Assembly: GCA_963599995.1 (NCBI GenBank)
Contig: CAVCAX010000060.1
Span: 37,372 to 101,371 of the forward strand
Length of the DNA stretch: 64,000 nt
Source: Coprobacillus sp. CAG:698
GTDB taxonomy: Bacteria; Bacteroidota; Bacteroidia; Bacteroidales; Bacteroidaceae
Reading direction: 5' to 3'
Each line of letters begins with the position of its first letter. The first letter of the stretch is position 1. Positions 47,021-56,838 of the stretch are shown here, piece after piece. The translations under genes were made by a program, and so were the position numbers. The notes beneath the pieces were generated by a model. The model saw nothing but the letters and a program-made list of their open reading frames with translations, had not been told where the DNA came from and made no database searches.

Positions 47021-47202
47021 GGAATTCCGCTACTTTTCGCCTTTCATGGAATTCCGGTGTTTCCGCCTTTCATGGAATTCTGCTACTTCCTGCTTTCATG
47101 GAATTCTGCTACTTCCTGCTTTCATGGAATTCCGCTACTTCCTGCTTTTAACGGACTTCCGGAACTTTCAACTTATCATGGATTTTCGGTAGTTCCCGCT
47201 TT
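47021..47202. repeat. 26-27-bp tandem array (six units plus the murQ 3' end)
   Basis: Consensus GGAATTCYGCTACTTCCTGCTTTCAT; units start at 47021, 47048, 47074, 47100, 47126, 47153, 47180. Confidence 0.9.
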
Positions 47203-48003
47203 GTAAGCATCTACCGCTTTTTTGACAGAACCATGCATCAGCAGCAATGTTTTTGCCTGATCGTAATCCAGTCCGAGTTCCTCAACAATCATGCGCGTGC
47301 CACGGTCTACCAGTTTCTGGTTACTAAGCTGCATATTAACCATTTTATTGCCTTTTACACGTCCTAACTGAATCATAACGGAAGTGGTAATCATGTTCAG
47401 AATCATTTTCTGACCGGTACCCGATTTCATGCGGGAACTTCCGGTCACATATTCCGGACCGACAATCATTTCGATGGGGACATCGGCTTCTGCGGCCATC
47501 GGAGAATCCGGGTTGCTGGTGATACAACCGGTCAGAATGCCATGTTCCCGTGCGGCATGCAATGCTCCGATAACGTAGGGGGTGGTACCTGAGGCAGCAA
47601 TGCCGATCACGGTATCCTTATCGTTAATGTGGTGTTCTACCAGTTCTTCCCATCCCCGTCGGGTGTCGTCTTCAGCGTTCTCTACCGGGTTGCGGAGAGC
47701 GGTGTCACCTCCGGCAATCAGTCCGATGACCAATGTCGGCGGCATACCGAATGTCGGTGGAATCTCCGAAGCGTCGAGCACGCCCAAACGACCGCTCGTG
47801 CCGGCTCCCATGTAGAAAATGCGTCCCCCTTGTTTCATGCGCGGAACAATCAGGCTTACCAACTTTTCTATTTGCGGAATCGCTTTCTGTGTGGCAAGGG
47901 CTACTTTCTGATCCTCTGTATTGATGTCTTCCAGAATCTCCCGGATAGACTTCTTCTCTAAATCGTTGTAGAGCGAAGGTTGCTCTGTTATCTTGATGAA
48001 CAT
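47176..48003 (-). CDS. murQ: N-acetylmuramic acid 6-phosphate etherase
   Basis: GAGTSGRLGVLDASEIPPTF, ENAED, GIAASGTTPYV, GPEYVTGSSRMKSGTGQK, SNQKLVDR. Confidence 0.97.
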   Translation of the reverse strand: MFIKITEQPSLYNDLEKKSIREILEDINTEDQKVALATQKAIPQIEKLVSLIVPRMKQGGRIFYMGAGTSGRLGVLDASEIPPTFGMPPTLVIGLIAGGDTALRNPVENAEDDTRRGWEELVEHHINDKDTVIGIAASGTTPYVIGALHAAREHGILTGCITSNPDSPMAAEADVPIEMIVGPEYVTGSSRMKSGTGQKMILNMITTSVMIQLGRVKGNKMVNMQLSNQKLVDRGTRMIVEELGLDYDQAKTLLLMHGSVKKAVDAYKAGTTENP

Positions 48004-48088
48004 GTTGTGATTTATAAATAATAACTGATGAATAATAATTGATAATAACCGATAAATACCGTCTGAATACTGATTGATAAATGATGCT

Positions 48089-48925
48089 TTACGACTGATG
48101 AAAAGTCATGAGCCCTTGCATGGGGCTTTTGACGATGGTTGTTATCTGTATCCCCCATTCACGGGCGGCTTCGCGCAGCACGTCCTGGTAGTGATAGGCC
48201 ACGGAGCCGATGAAGTGAATCGGATGATTCCTGTAATCGTATTGCATGACGTTGCGCTGGAAGAAAGCCTTGAAGCTGCCGAGAACCAACGCATGTACAG
48301 AGGGTTCCTGAATGTTTTCCGCCAGAAATGGAGAAAGACTTGCCAGGAAACGGTTGGGGAACGGCTGCCGGTACACCCGGTCGATGATTTCGGGAGGGGT
48401 CAGTCCGGTCTTATGCAGGAATTTCTCTTTCAATTCCGGGGTCATCTGGTTTTTCAGTATGTCGCCTACCAGGAGCTTCCCCAATACGGCACCACTGCCT
48501 TCGTCGCCAAGAATGAATCCCAACGGCGAAACGTTGCTTACTATTTTTTCACCGTCGTAGAAACAGGAATTGGACCCCGTGCCTATGATACAGGCAATGC
48601 CCGGTTGATGTCCGCACAGTCCACGGGCCACGGCAAGCATGTCCGTGTTCACTTCAATGCCGTTGGGGGCATCGAGTTGTGCGGAGAGTGCATGGTGCAT
48701 CATCGGCACCTTATCCGGAACACAGCCGGCGCCATAAAAATAAACAGCATCGGGCACGTTCGTTCCTAAATGAGGAAGCAGTGCCGTAGCAATCTCATTC
48801 TCTATCTCTTCCTCAGATTGAAAGAAAGGGTTCATCCCTTTGGTAACGATTTGCCGGACGAGCTGTCCTTGCTCTACCATACACCAATCGGTCTTTGTAG
48901 AACCGCTGTCTGCTATTAATATCAT
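48089..48925 (-). CDS. BadF/BadG/BcrA/BcrD-family amino-sugar kinase (MurK-like MurNAc kinase)
   Basis: LIADSGSTKTDW, FYGAGC, ACIIGTGSN, LGDEGSG, FIGSVA; adjacent to murQ. Confidence 0.85.
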   Translation of the reverse strand: MILIADSGSTKTDWCMVEQGQLVRQIVTKGMNPFFQSEEEIENEIATALLPHLGTNVPDAVYFYGAGCVPDKVPMMHHALSAQLDAPNGIEVNTDMLAVARGLCGHQPGIACIIGTGSNSCFYDGEKIVSNVSPLGFILGDEGSGAVLGKLLVGDILKNQMTPELKEKFLHKTGLTPPEIIDRVYRQPFPNRFLASLSPFLAENIQEPSVHALVLGSFKAFFQRNVMQYDYRNHPIHFIGSVAYHYQDVLREAAREWGIQITTIVKSPMQGLMTFHQS

Positions 48926-50085
48926 ATCTTTATATATATTTTTTTCTTATACAATACGTAACCGATGCTCCAGTTGATAGCGATAAAGAGGAGCGCAAAT
49001 GCCAGTGAACCGGGATAATCGCCCAAGAACGGTTGGAGAATGGCTTTGTAAATATAGCTATGCAAGTTGGTAAGCGCCCCTTCGAACGGAACACGGAGGT
49101 TATCCGATAAAGAGGCAAGTATACCGGCCATGACATAGATGAAAAGCGGGTTTACACCGAACGATTCGAAGAAACGGCACCAAGACTTGTAGCCTTTTAC
49201 GTCGATGATCCAGATGAGTAATGCCAGAAAGCTGGAACCCAATCCACAGGTGACAATGGCGAAAGTGGGCGACCATATTTTCTTGTTGATGGGGCATCCG
49301 TAGCTGAGCAGGAAGCCCAGGAATGTCAGGATTGTTCCGATGAGGAACAGCCGCTCGAGTTTCTCGTTGATGTCTTTTACCTCCATCAGCAGTTTGCCTA
49401 CACAAAAGCCAATCAATACGTGGGCGATGGCAGGGATGGTACTTAACAACCCTTCCGGATCGATCCCGTTGTCGTTGTACATGTGCGCTTCACCTAACAC
49501 GGCACGGTCTACGACTGAAAGTATATTGGTACTGTTGTACTCGAATCCGTTACCGGTGACGAGCAGGATGAAGTAACCTGCCAGCAGGGTCACAATCAGG
49601 TAGGGGATGTACTTGTGTTTCAAGGTCAGGGCAACGATGGCCGTCGCTCCATAGCAGAGTGCCAGGCGCTGCATGACTCCTAAAATACGGATGTGGTCGA
49701 ATGTCCAGACGGACTGTCCGAGGCGGGAGAAGAACGGGATATCCTCGGTCGACAAGGAGCACCAGGTGCGGCAGAACATGGAGAACCATGCAAGCGCCAA
49801 TCCGATGGCGAAAATAACGATGGTGCGCTTGAGAATTTTCAGAGCGGCGGAGCGGCTGAATTCAAAATTGTATTTCCTGAGAGAAATGTAGGTCGATATT
49901 CCCATGATAAACATGAAAAAGGGAAATACGAGATCGGTCGGCGTCAAGCCGTTCCATTGGGCGTGTCTCAATGGTGCGTAGACATACGACCATGATCCGG
50001 GGGTGTTCACCAAAATCATTCCTGCAATGGTGATGCCTCTCAGTATGTCGAGGGCTAAGAGGCGTTTACTGGTTGTTTTATTCAT
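48922..50085 (-). CDS. NagX/HGSNAT-like multi-pass membrane protein (MurT-like candidate MurNAc transporter)
   Basis: RLLALDILRGITIAGMILVN.PG, HAQWNG.TPTDLVFPFF, GVMQRLA, DPEGLLST, PINKKIWS. Coupled to the kinase by an ATGA overlap. Confidence 0.82.
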   Translation of the reverse strand: MNKTTSKRLLALDILRGITIAGMILVNTPGSWSYVYAPLRHAQWNGLTPTDLVFPFFMFIMGISTYISLRKYNFEFSRSAALKILKRTIVIFAIGLALAWFSMFCRTWCSLSTEDIPFFSRLGQSVWTFDHIRILGVMQRLALCYGATAIVALTLKHKYIPYLIVTLLAGYFILLVTGNGFEYNSTNILSVVDRAVLGEAHMYNDNGIDPEGLLSTIPAIAHVLIGFCVGKLLMEVKDINEKLERLFLIGTILTFLGFLLSYGCPINKKIWSPTFAIVTCGLGSSFLALLIWIIDVKGYKSWCRFFESFGVNPLFIYVMAGILASLSDNLRVPFEGALTNLHSYIYKAILQPFLGDYPGSLAFALLFIAINWSIGYVLYKKKIYIKI

Positions 50086-50112
50086 TTTAGGTAGTTTTTA
50101 TGTGTTAAGTTT

Positions 50113-53052
50113 TCAGTTTGAACGACGGGGGGTGGTACATTCGTCTACGAGGTAGGCGATGGATACGTAGGTTACCCCTGTGTGGGTAGCCAGCCCTATT
50201 TCGCAGGTGCGGCTGTTGGAATATCCGGTCTGTACGCCTGCCTTTTCCAGTTGGGGGCGTAGCTTACGCAGTGCATAGCCGTTCACCTCCGGATGTGTGA
50301 ATCCTTTGTCTCCTGCAAAGCCGCAGCATCCCACCTCTTCGGGCACGATCACCCGGGTGGAGCATAGCCGTGCCAGAGAAAGGAGGGTGTCCGCCAATCC
50401 CATCCGGCGCATGGAGCAGGTGATGTGGATGGCTACCGGGCGGTCGACCGGGCAGAATTCCAACTTGTCGCGCAGGAAGGTATAGATAAACTCGGCCGGT
50501 TCATAGAGCTTCATCTTCCGGATGGTCTCACGCATGCGGTGCAGGCAGGGACTTTGGTCGCAGAGCACGGGGTATTTTCCCTCTTCGGAAGCCTCCCACA
50601 AGGCTTTTTCCAGTTCCGCCGATTTACGGTCGGCAATATCCGGCATGCCTTTGCTCTCCCAGATTGTGCCGCAGCAGAGTTTCTCCATCTCTTTCGGGAA
50701 GATCACTTCGTATCCGGCCTTTTGCAGGAGCGATAACATCTTGTCCACGAGTGGCTGTTTCTCTCTGGATTTCTTGGGAAGTCCCATCGTCTGATTGATA
50801 CAGCTCGGAAAATAAACGACCTTGTTTACCTGAAAGTCCTGTCTCTGTTGGGAGTTCTCCCTTTTCTTGTTGCTCTTGTTCTTGTAGCTCTTGGGCATGA
50901 AAGGAGTCCATTGCGGGATACCCAACAGATGATGCATTCCCGTCGTGAGGGTAAGCATTGCCGATGTGCCTAAAACGGTGTGCGCTGCATTGGCTAAGGT
51001 CAGCATAGGCCGCAGGCTGCTTTTTATACCGGCAAAGTGGTTGGCGGCAAAGTTGCCAATGGAGTAGGCGAAGCTGCCTTCCGGTAATTCCTGCTGACGG
51101 ATATAATGAGTCAGATCGCCCGTGTTGATTCCCATCGGGCAAGAGGTAGAGCAGAGACCGTCGCCGGCACAGGTCTGATTGCCGGGGTAGCGGTATTGCT
51201 TCTGCAAGGTTGCCAGTCTTTGGGGATCTTCACCGCTGGCTTTGAGGCGGGAGATTTCGCGCTGCAGCACGATGCGTTGGCGCGAAGAAAGGGTGAAACC
51301 GCAAGTCACGCAGTTCACTTCGCAGAAACCGCATTCGATGCACTTGTCTATCTTGCTGATGTCCGGCGTGCTCTTGCTGCTATCCGATGTGCTTTTACTG
51401 CTATCCGGTACACTCTTGCTGTTGCCCTCCGCTTGCCGATGAGAGCTGCCTAATAGTGGCAACGGCTTGAAATTCTTGATGTGGCAGTGAGGATCATCGT
51501 TGAAGATAACTCCCGGATTGAGTATATTCAGTGGGTCGAAGAGCGTTTTGACGGCTTGCATCAGGCGATACGCTTTCTCTCCCCATTCGTATTTTACGAA
51601 CGGAGCCATGTTGCGTCCGGTGCCGTGTTCTGCTTTCAGCGAACCGTCATATTTGTCTACTACCAAAGTCTTGACGTCATTCATCAGTGCCTCGTAGCGC
51701 TTGACTTCTGCCTCCGTACCGAAAGACTGGTTGATGATGAAATGATAATTACCTTCGAGGGCATGCCCGTAGATGCAGGCGTCATCGTATCCGTGGCGCG
51801 CTATCAGCTGTTGCAGGTCGGCGGTCGCCTCGGGCAGATCCTCGATGTGGAAGGCCACGTCTTCGATGAGGCTCGTGGTTCCCGGTTTCCGGGTTCCCCC
51901 TACGGAAGGGAATATGCCGGAGCGGATGGCCCAGTATTTGGAGTATTCCTCCGGCTTGTCCGTAAAGTGAACGGGGGTGTAGGTATTGAAAGGTTTCAGC
52001 GCTTCTTCTATGACGGTGATATTGGCGGCCAGCTCTTCTTTGCTGTGCGCTTTGGTCTCTGCCAGTACGGCGGTGAGGCCTTCGCCTGTCGGGTCATCGA
52101 CCGATGCCAGTGATTTCCAGTCGAGCAGCTCGGCGCCTTTCACAATCCATTCCTTCTTTTCGTTGGTCAGTCTCTTCAAGGCCACTACCGCCCGGCATGC
52201 CTCTTTGATCTCCTGGAAATAGAGCATGGCGCTGGCCTTGTACGGATAGTCGTATTCAGTGCGCATGGTGACTTCGGAAAGAAATGCCAGCGTTCCTTCC
52301 GATCCCACCATTAAGTGGGTGATGATGTCGAACGGGTCGTCGAATGTGACGAAAGGCAGTAAGTTCAATCCCGTTACGTTCTTGATAGAATATTTATAGC
52401 GGATCCGGTCGCTGAGTTCTTTGTCGGCACGGATCCGGTCGCGCAGCGATTGGATCTGTTTGATAAACTCTCCGTGCGTCATTAGGAATTCCTGTTTGCT
52501 GGCATCGTTGCCGGTGTCGAGCAGAGTGCCGTCTGCCAGTATGATACGGGCAGACAATAGCATCTTATCGCTGTTGGCATGCGTTCCGCAATTCATACCG
52601 GAAGCGTTGTTCATCACGATGCCGCCTATCATGGCACTTTTTACCGAGGCCGGATCCGGGGCGAATTTACGTCCGAATGGTCGCAGCAGTTCGTTGACAC
52701 GCTGTCCGATGATGCCGGGTTGCATGGTAATCCGGTCGTGGTCGGGAGAGATGCTGTATTTCTCCCAGTTCTTTCCGGCTATAATGAGAATGGAGTCGCT
52801 GATGGCTTGTCCGGACAGGCTCGTTCCGGCTGCCCGGAAGGTCACCGGTAACCGGTGCCGGGTTGCCGAACGCAATAAATCCGTTATCTCCTGTTCGTTG
52901 GCCGAACGAATGACAATCTGGGGAATAAGCCGGTAGAAACCGGCATCCGTTCCCCATGCCAGCCGACGTAATTCGTCAGTGTAGATTCTTTCTTGCGGGA
53001 TAAACCGTGAGATTTCCTGCAGAAAGGCCTGGTATTTATTCTTCTTATCCAT
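50113..53052 (-). CDS. FAD- and Fe-S-binding oxidoreductase, D-lactate dehydrogenase (Dld-II type)
   Basis: FRAAGTSLSGQ, PDPAS, NNASG, GSEGTL, GHALEGNYHF, KAEHGTGRN, LNPG; CIECGFCE..C and C..DGLCSTSCP clusters; CCG domains. Confidence 0.85.
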   Translation of the reverse strand: MDKKNKYQAFLQEISRFIPQERIYTDELRRLAWGTDAGFYRLIPQIVIRSANEQEITDLLRSATRHRLPVTFRAAGTSLSGQAISDSILIIAGKNWEKYSISPDHDRITMQPGIIGQRVNELLRPFGRKFAPDPASVKSAMIGGIVMNNASGMNCGTHANSDKMLLSARIILADGTLLDTGNDASKQEFLMTHGEFIKQIQSLRDRIRADKELSDRIRYKYSIKNVTGLNLLPFVTFDDPFDIITHLMVGSEGTLAFLSEVTMRTEYDYPYKASAMLYFQEIKEACRAVVALKRLTNEKKEWIVKGAELLDWKSLASVDDPTGEGLTAVLAETKAHSKEELAANITVIEEALKPFNTYTPVHFTDKPEEYSKYWAIRSGIFPSVGGTRKPGTTSLIEDVAFHIEDLPEATADLQQLIARHGYDDACIYGHALEGNYHFIINQSFGTEAEVKRYEALMNDVKTLVVDKYDGSLKAEHGTGRNMAPFVKYEWGEKAYRLMQAVKTLFDPLNILNPGVIFNDDPHCHIKNFKPLPLLGSSHRQAEGNSKSVPDSSKSTSDSSKSTPDISKIDKCIECGFCEVNCVTCGFTLSSRQRIVLQREISRLKASGEDPQRLATLQKQYRYPGNQTCAGDGLCSTSCPMGINTGDLTHYIRQQELPEGSFAYSIGNFAANHFAGIKSSLRPMLTLANAAHTVLGTSAMLTLTTGMHHLLGIPQWTPFMPKSYKNKSNKKRENSQQRQDFQVNKVVYFPSCINQTMGLPKKSREKQPLVDKMLSLLQKAGYEVIFPKEMEKLCCGTIWESKGMPDIADRKSAELEKALWEASEEGKYPVLCDQSPCLHRMRETIRKMKLYEPAEFIYTFLRDKLEFCPVDRPVAIHITCSMRRMGLADTLLSLARLCSTRVIVPEEVGCCGFAGDKGFTHPEVNGYALRKLRPQLEKAGVQTGYSNSRTCEIGLATHTGVTYVSIAYLVDECTTPRRSN

Positions 53053-53122
53053 TTTTATTTATATAAACAATCATTTTCTAAACAATCATTTTCAGACAAT
53101 TCCCGGAAGCATGAATACTTTT

Positions 53123-54418
53123 TCAGTACCGGGCATCAGCACCGCTCTCTTTTTTGCCATAGTCCGGATCGATCTTGATAAGTGCGCAAACGGCTATGGT
53201 GGCGGCACAGCAGATCATTACCCAGATAAAGAACTTCTCGTATCCGATGATCTCCTGCAACCACCCCGCCATCATACCCGGCAACATCATGCCCAGCGCC
53301 ATGAATGCGGTACAGATGGCATAATGTGCTGTCTTGTGCTCACCGTCGGAATAATAGATCAGGTAAAGCATGTAAGCCGTGAAACCGAATCCGTATCCGA
53401 ACTGCTCGATAAATACGCAGATATTGATTGTGAGAAGATCCTGTGGCTGGAAATATCCCAGATAGACAAAGGTAATGCAGGTGAGCGAGATGCTCCATGC
53501 CATTGGCCATAGCCATTTCTGCAATCCGCCTTTTGCCGCGCAGATGCCGCCGATGATTCCTCCGAGAGTGAGTCCGATGATGCCGATGGTACCGTATACC
53601 CAGCCTACTTCGGCCGTGCTCAGTCCTAACCCGCCTTTTTCAATGGGGTCGAGCAGAAAAGGGTTGATGAGCTTTACCAATTGTGCTTCCGGCAAGCGGT
53701 AGAACAGCATGAACAAGATGGCAATTCCGGCTTGCGGCTTGCGGAAGAAGCTTGCGAAGGTGGCAAAGAACTCTTTGAACAGGTTATTGGCAGTAACATT
53801 GCCCACGGCCGGCTTGTCGGATGCCGGATGGGGCAACAGGTAGCTGTGGTATAGATAGAATGCGATGAAGAGCCCTGCGAGGATATAGAACGTGATGCTC
53901 CACGCCATGGCTATGGTGGAAGTGCGCTTTTCCAGTTCGCCGGCCAGTACGACCAGAAGCCCTTGTCCGGCTATTGTGGCAATCCGGTAAAAGGTGCTTC
54001 GGATGCCGACATACATTGCTTGGTCCCGGACGCTTAATGCCAGCATGTAGAACCCGTCGGCGGCTATGTCGTGCGTGGCCGAACTGAAGGCAACCAGCCA
54101 GAATATGGCGAGGGTTGTCCGAAAGAAATCGGGCATCGGGAGGGTGAAAGCGATGCCGGCAAGTCCTGCTCCCACCAGGAGCTGCATGGTCACTACCCAC
54201 CAGCGTTTGGTTTTCAGCAGGTCGATAAAGGGGCTCCAGAATGGCTTGATAACCCAGGGGAGGTACAGCCAGCTGGTATATAGGGCGATGTCCGTGTTGG
54301 AGATGCCGAGCTTTTTGTACATGATGACAGAGATGGTCATCACGGCTACGTAAGGCAGACCTTGTGCAAAGTACAGGGTCGGTATCCAGGCCCACGGAGA
54401 CAGTTCTTTGTTTTTCAT
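53123..54418 (-). CDS. ampG: AmpG-family MFS muropeptide permease
   Basis: LYFAQGLP, LPWVIKPFWSPFID, SATHDIAADG. Start placed at MKNKELSPW. Confidence 0.85.
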   Translation of the reverse strand: MKNKELSPWAWIPTLYFAQGLPYVAVMTISVIMYKKLGISNTDIALYTSWLYLPWVIKPFWSPFIDLLKTKRWWVVTMQLLVGAGLAGIAFTLPMPDFFRTTLAIFWLVAFSSATHDIAADGFYMLALSVRDQAMYVGIRSTFYRIATIAGQGLLVVLAGELEKRTSTIAMAWSITFYILAGLFIAFYLYHSYLLPHPASDKPAVGNVTANNLFKEFFATFASFFRKPQAGIAILFMLFYRLPEAQLVKLINPFLLDPIEKGGLGLSTAEVGWVYGTIGIIGLTLGGIIGGICAAKGGLQKWLWPMAWSISLTCITFVYLGYFQPQDLLTINICVFIEQFGYGFGFTAYMLYLIYYSDGEHKTAHYAICTAFMALGMMLPGMMAGWLQEIIGYEKFFIWVMICCAATIAVCALIKIDPDYGKKESGADARY

Positions 54419-54431
54419 GATACAGGTCTGT

Positions 54432-55862
54432 TTAATATAATTTCTCAATAGCGGCACCGGTATAATAGTGCAGCAATATTTCGTTGTAAGTATACCCCTG
54501 TTCGCCCATAACGGCGGCACCTATCTGACAAAGTCCGACGCCATGCCCCCAGCCGGCACCTGTGAGAATGAATTTTCCGGGGATGCCGTCTTTAATTCCG
54601 GCTTTGTCCACGACGAACGCCGAACTGTATAAATGCGAAGGAGACAGGGTTCTCCGGATTTCCAATTCCTTGCCGATGATGAACGTCCTTTTCGTTCCGA
54701 TGATTTTCAACTTGGAGATACGGGCGGAGGTGCCGCGTTCGATAGGAATCAGGTCTATGATCTGTCCGTAGTCGATGCCGGAACGTTGGAGAATCAGTGC
54801 GGCAAGCTCTTCCTGCGTATATTCCACTCTCCAACGGTAAAAATCGGTGGTCTCCTGATCGTAATTGTTCAATACCTGACTGAGTATTCTCTTTTCTTGG
54901 GTATGGCAGAAGGCTTCCGGATAGTTTCGTATCCACTTCTCTGCTTCCGAATGGATGCGTAAGTCGGGGAGGAAAGTCGTTTTTTGGCTGTCCCGCCGTC
55001 CGACAAGGTAGGGGTGTCTTACATCTTCCCAGCAGTATTGAAACTCTTCGAGGGCTCCTCCGCAACATTTTGAGAAGCGGGCATCGCAGATTTTGTTGTC
55101 GAAAGTCAATACCTGCCCCCGGGTGGCTTGGACCGCTTGTGCCACGTTTTCAGTGGTTGCCCGGGTTATTCCTTGGTAGCGCTGGCAATGGTCGTCGGCG
55201 CATACGTCAAAGTGTGCGTGATCTTCCCGGTCGTACCATTTGATTCGTTCCGTCTTTACCTGTTCCGGTTCTTCTGTTTCTGTATTCGGTTGCCCGGGCT
55301 TTTCATTCTCCGCTTTTAGCTGTTTACTCTTTTCTTTTTTAGCTTCCAACTGATAGAGCAACCAGCTGCGTGAAATGACGGCATGGGCTTTCAACAGCTC
55401 CGGAGAGGCGGTCGCACTCATCTCCGAGGAGATGACACTGGTTAGATAATCTTCTATGCGGATGACATTGATGGCAGTTATCTTTTCATCTTCTACAATG
55501 AATTTCAGTGCTCCGTGAAAACGTTGGTTCTCTTTGCGTTCCCAATGGAAATGGATGCCGATTGTTACATCTGACAGTTCGAAAGAACCGGTCTCTTCCT
55601 GCAGAGGTTCAAACAGCAATTCATCGTAACGGTTGTTTTGCCAGAGAATCTTTCCGTTGTCAAAAAGAACAGATTGCTTTCCGGCAACTTCTTTATCATT
55701 GACGCATTTAGAAACTCTTTCACCGTTGACACTTCCGAGAACTTCTTTATTGTTGGCGTTTCCGGAAACTCTTTCATGGATGACGCGATAAGGCTCCGGA
55801 AAAGTAAACTCTATTCGGGTCTCGGACAGGATGCCGACATGTATCTCAGGCTCTTTCATCAT
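54432..55862 (-). CDS. SpoIID/LytB domain protein (lytic transglycosylase-like)
   Basis: EDYLTSVISSEM, LKAHAVISRS, DVCADDHCQRYQG, AV.ATRG, GAGWGHGVGLCQIGA, ILLHYY. Confidence 0.92.
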   Translation of the reverse strand: MMKEPEIHVGILSETRIEFTFPEPYRVIHERVSGNANNKEVLGSVNGERVSKCVNDKEVAGKQSVLFDNGKILWQNNRYDELLFEPLQEETGSFELSDVTIGIHFHWERKENQRFHGALKFIVEDEKITAINVIRIEDYLTSVISSEMSATASPELLKAHAVISRSWLLYQLEAKKEKSKQLKAENEKPGQPNTETEEPEQVKTERIKWYDREDHAHFDVCADDHCQRYQGITRATTENVAQAVQATRGQVLTFDNKICDARFSKCCGGALEEFQYCWEDVRHPYLVGRRDSQKTTFLPDLRIHSEAEKWIRNYPEAFCHTQEKRILSQVLNNYDQETTDFYRWRVEYTQEELAALILQRSGIDYGQIIDLIPIERGTSARISKLKIIGTKRTFIIGKELEIRRTLSPSHLYSSAFVVDKAGIKDGIPGKFILTGAGWGHGVGLCQIGAAVMGEQGYTYNEILLHYYTGAAIEKLY

Positions 55863-55899
55863 TGTTCTTTTAGACGTTTATAACTGTTCCTTTATCAGT

Positions 55900-56838
55900 T
55901 CACAATTGCTCTTTTATACGTTGTCTCAGTTTGCGAAACTCTTCCTTGCCAAGACAGACCTCTTCGAGTATGGATGCGACATCTGCTGCCGTCAGCTTTT
56001 CAAAATCTTTTTCCTGCGGAGTGATGAATACACCTCCCATATCTACGGATGCCGGACTGATGAGGATATTGGCATCTCCGGTTGCCGCATAGCAGGCCGG
56101 GCGGTGCTTGGCGCGTGGAAAGATACAAACCGTCCATCGGCTGTTCTCTGTCCATGCAAGAATGTTCATCATGGGTTCGTCTTCTCCCGGTTTGAGTTCC
56201 ATGGCGTTGTATATCACGTTGAACAGTGCGATGGCGTCTTCCCGTTTTCCGGCGTCTATCATCAAGGTTGCCCGTGGTGCGTCATCCAAATAAGAGAGAG
56301 AGGCTGTCTTGTGGGCGATGATCTCTCCGGCTTTCTTGTTTCTCCACTCTTGTTCGATCGGGAGAAAACCTTTACTTCCGGCCTGAAAATGAGCATGGTC
56401 GGGAGCAGAGGCACCACACCAGGGACCGTTGTAAAAAACGATATATTCTCCGGCAACAGCCGCCAGATCGAGCATGTCTCCGAAACGTCCTTTTATACGT
56501 TGGTCCACGTGCTCTGATGTCGGAATGGTGAGGTGCTTCGGGAATATCGGAAACGGGTTAACCAGTATCTGATAATTATCTTTGAATGGAATTCCTTTTT
56601 GCCGGGTCGGACGGTTGGCGGGGCAAAGAAAACATTTCCGCTCCTGTATGGATCGGGCATCGACTTTGGCGGCCGAAGAGACAATGCGTGCGGAATTAAA
56701 CTGTACTTTGTAACGTATCCCGTTTACATTCAGTTCTTTGGTCCTTACCCGGTCCAATGCGGCATAATTGTTCCTTGCCAGCTCCCACGTAGCGAGTTGG
56801 TCGGTTAGCAAATGTTCTATTCTTTGTTGGGTATCCAT
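55900..56838 (-). CDS. DUF4922-like protein (HxHxQ nucleotidyltransferase/phosphorylase fold)
   Basis: QFNSARIVSS, CFLC..NRP, LVNPFPIF..HLTI, YNGPWCGASAPDHAHFQ, SPASVDMGG. Confidence 0.78.
   Translation of the reverse strand: MDTQQRIEHLLTDQLATWELARNNYAALDRVRTKELNVNGIRYKVQFNSARIVSSAAKVDARSIQERKCFLCPANRPTRQKGIPFKDNYQILVNPFPIFPKHLTIPTSEHVDQRIKGRFGDMLDLAAVAGEYIVFYNGPWCGASAPDHAHFQAGSKGFLPIEQEWRNKKAGEIIAHKTASLSYLDDAPRATLMIDAGKREDAIALFNVIYNAMELKPGEDEPMMNILAWTENSRWTVCIFPRAKHRPACYAATGDANILISPASVDMGGVFITPQEKDFEKLTAADVASILEEVCLGKEEFRKLRQRIKEQL

Noticed and set aside
46875..47192. 105-aa repetitive ORF
   Set aside because: A by-product of the palindromic element and the 26-bp array; overlaps the murQ end in antisense.
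47021..47202. Possible CRISPR array
   Set aside because: Units are contiguous with no unique spacers, there are no cas genes, and the unit matches the murQ 3' end.
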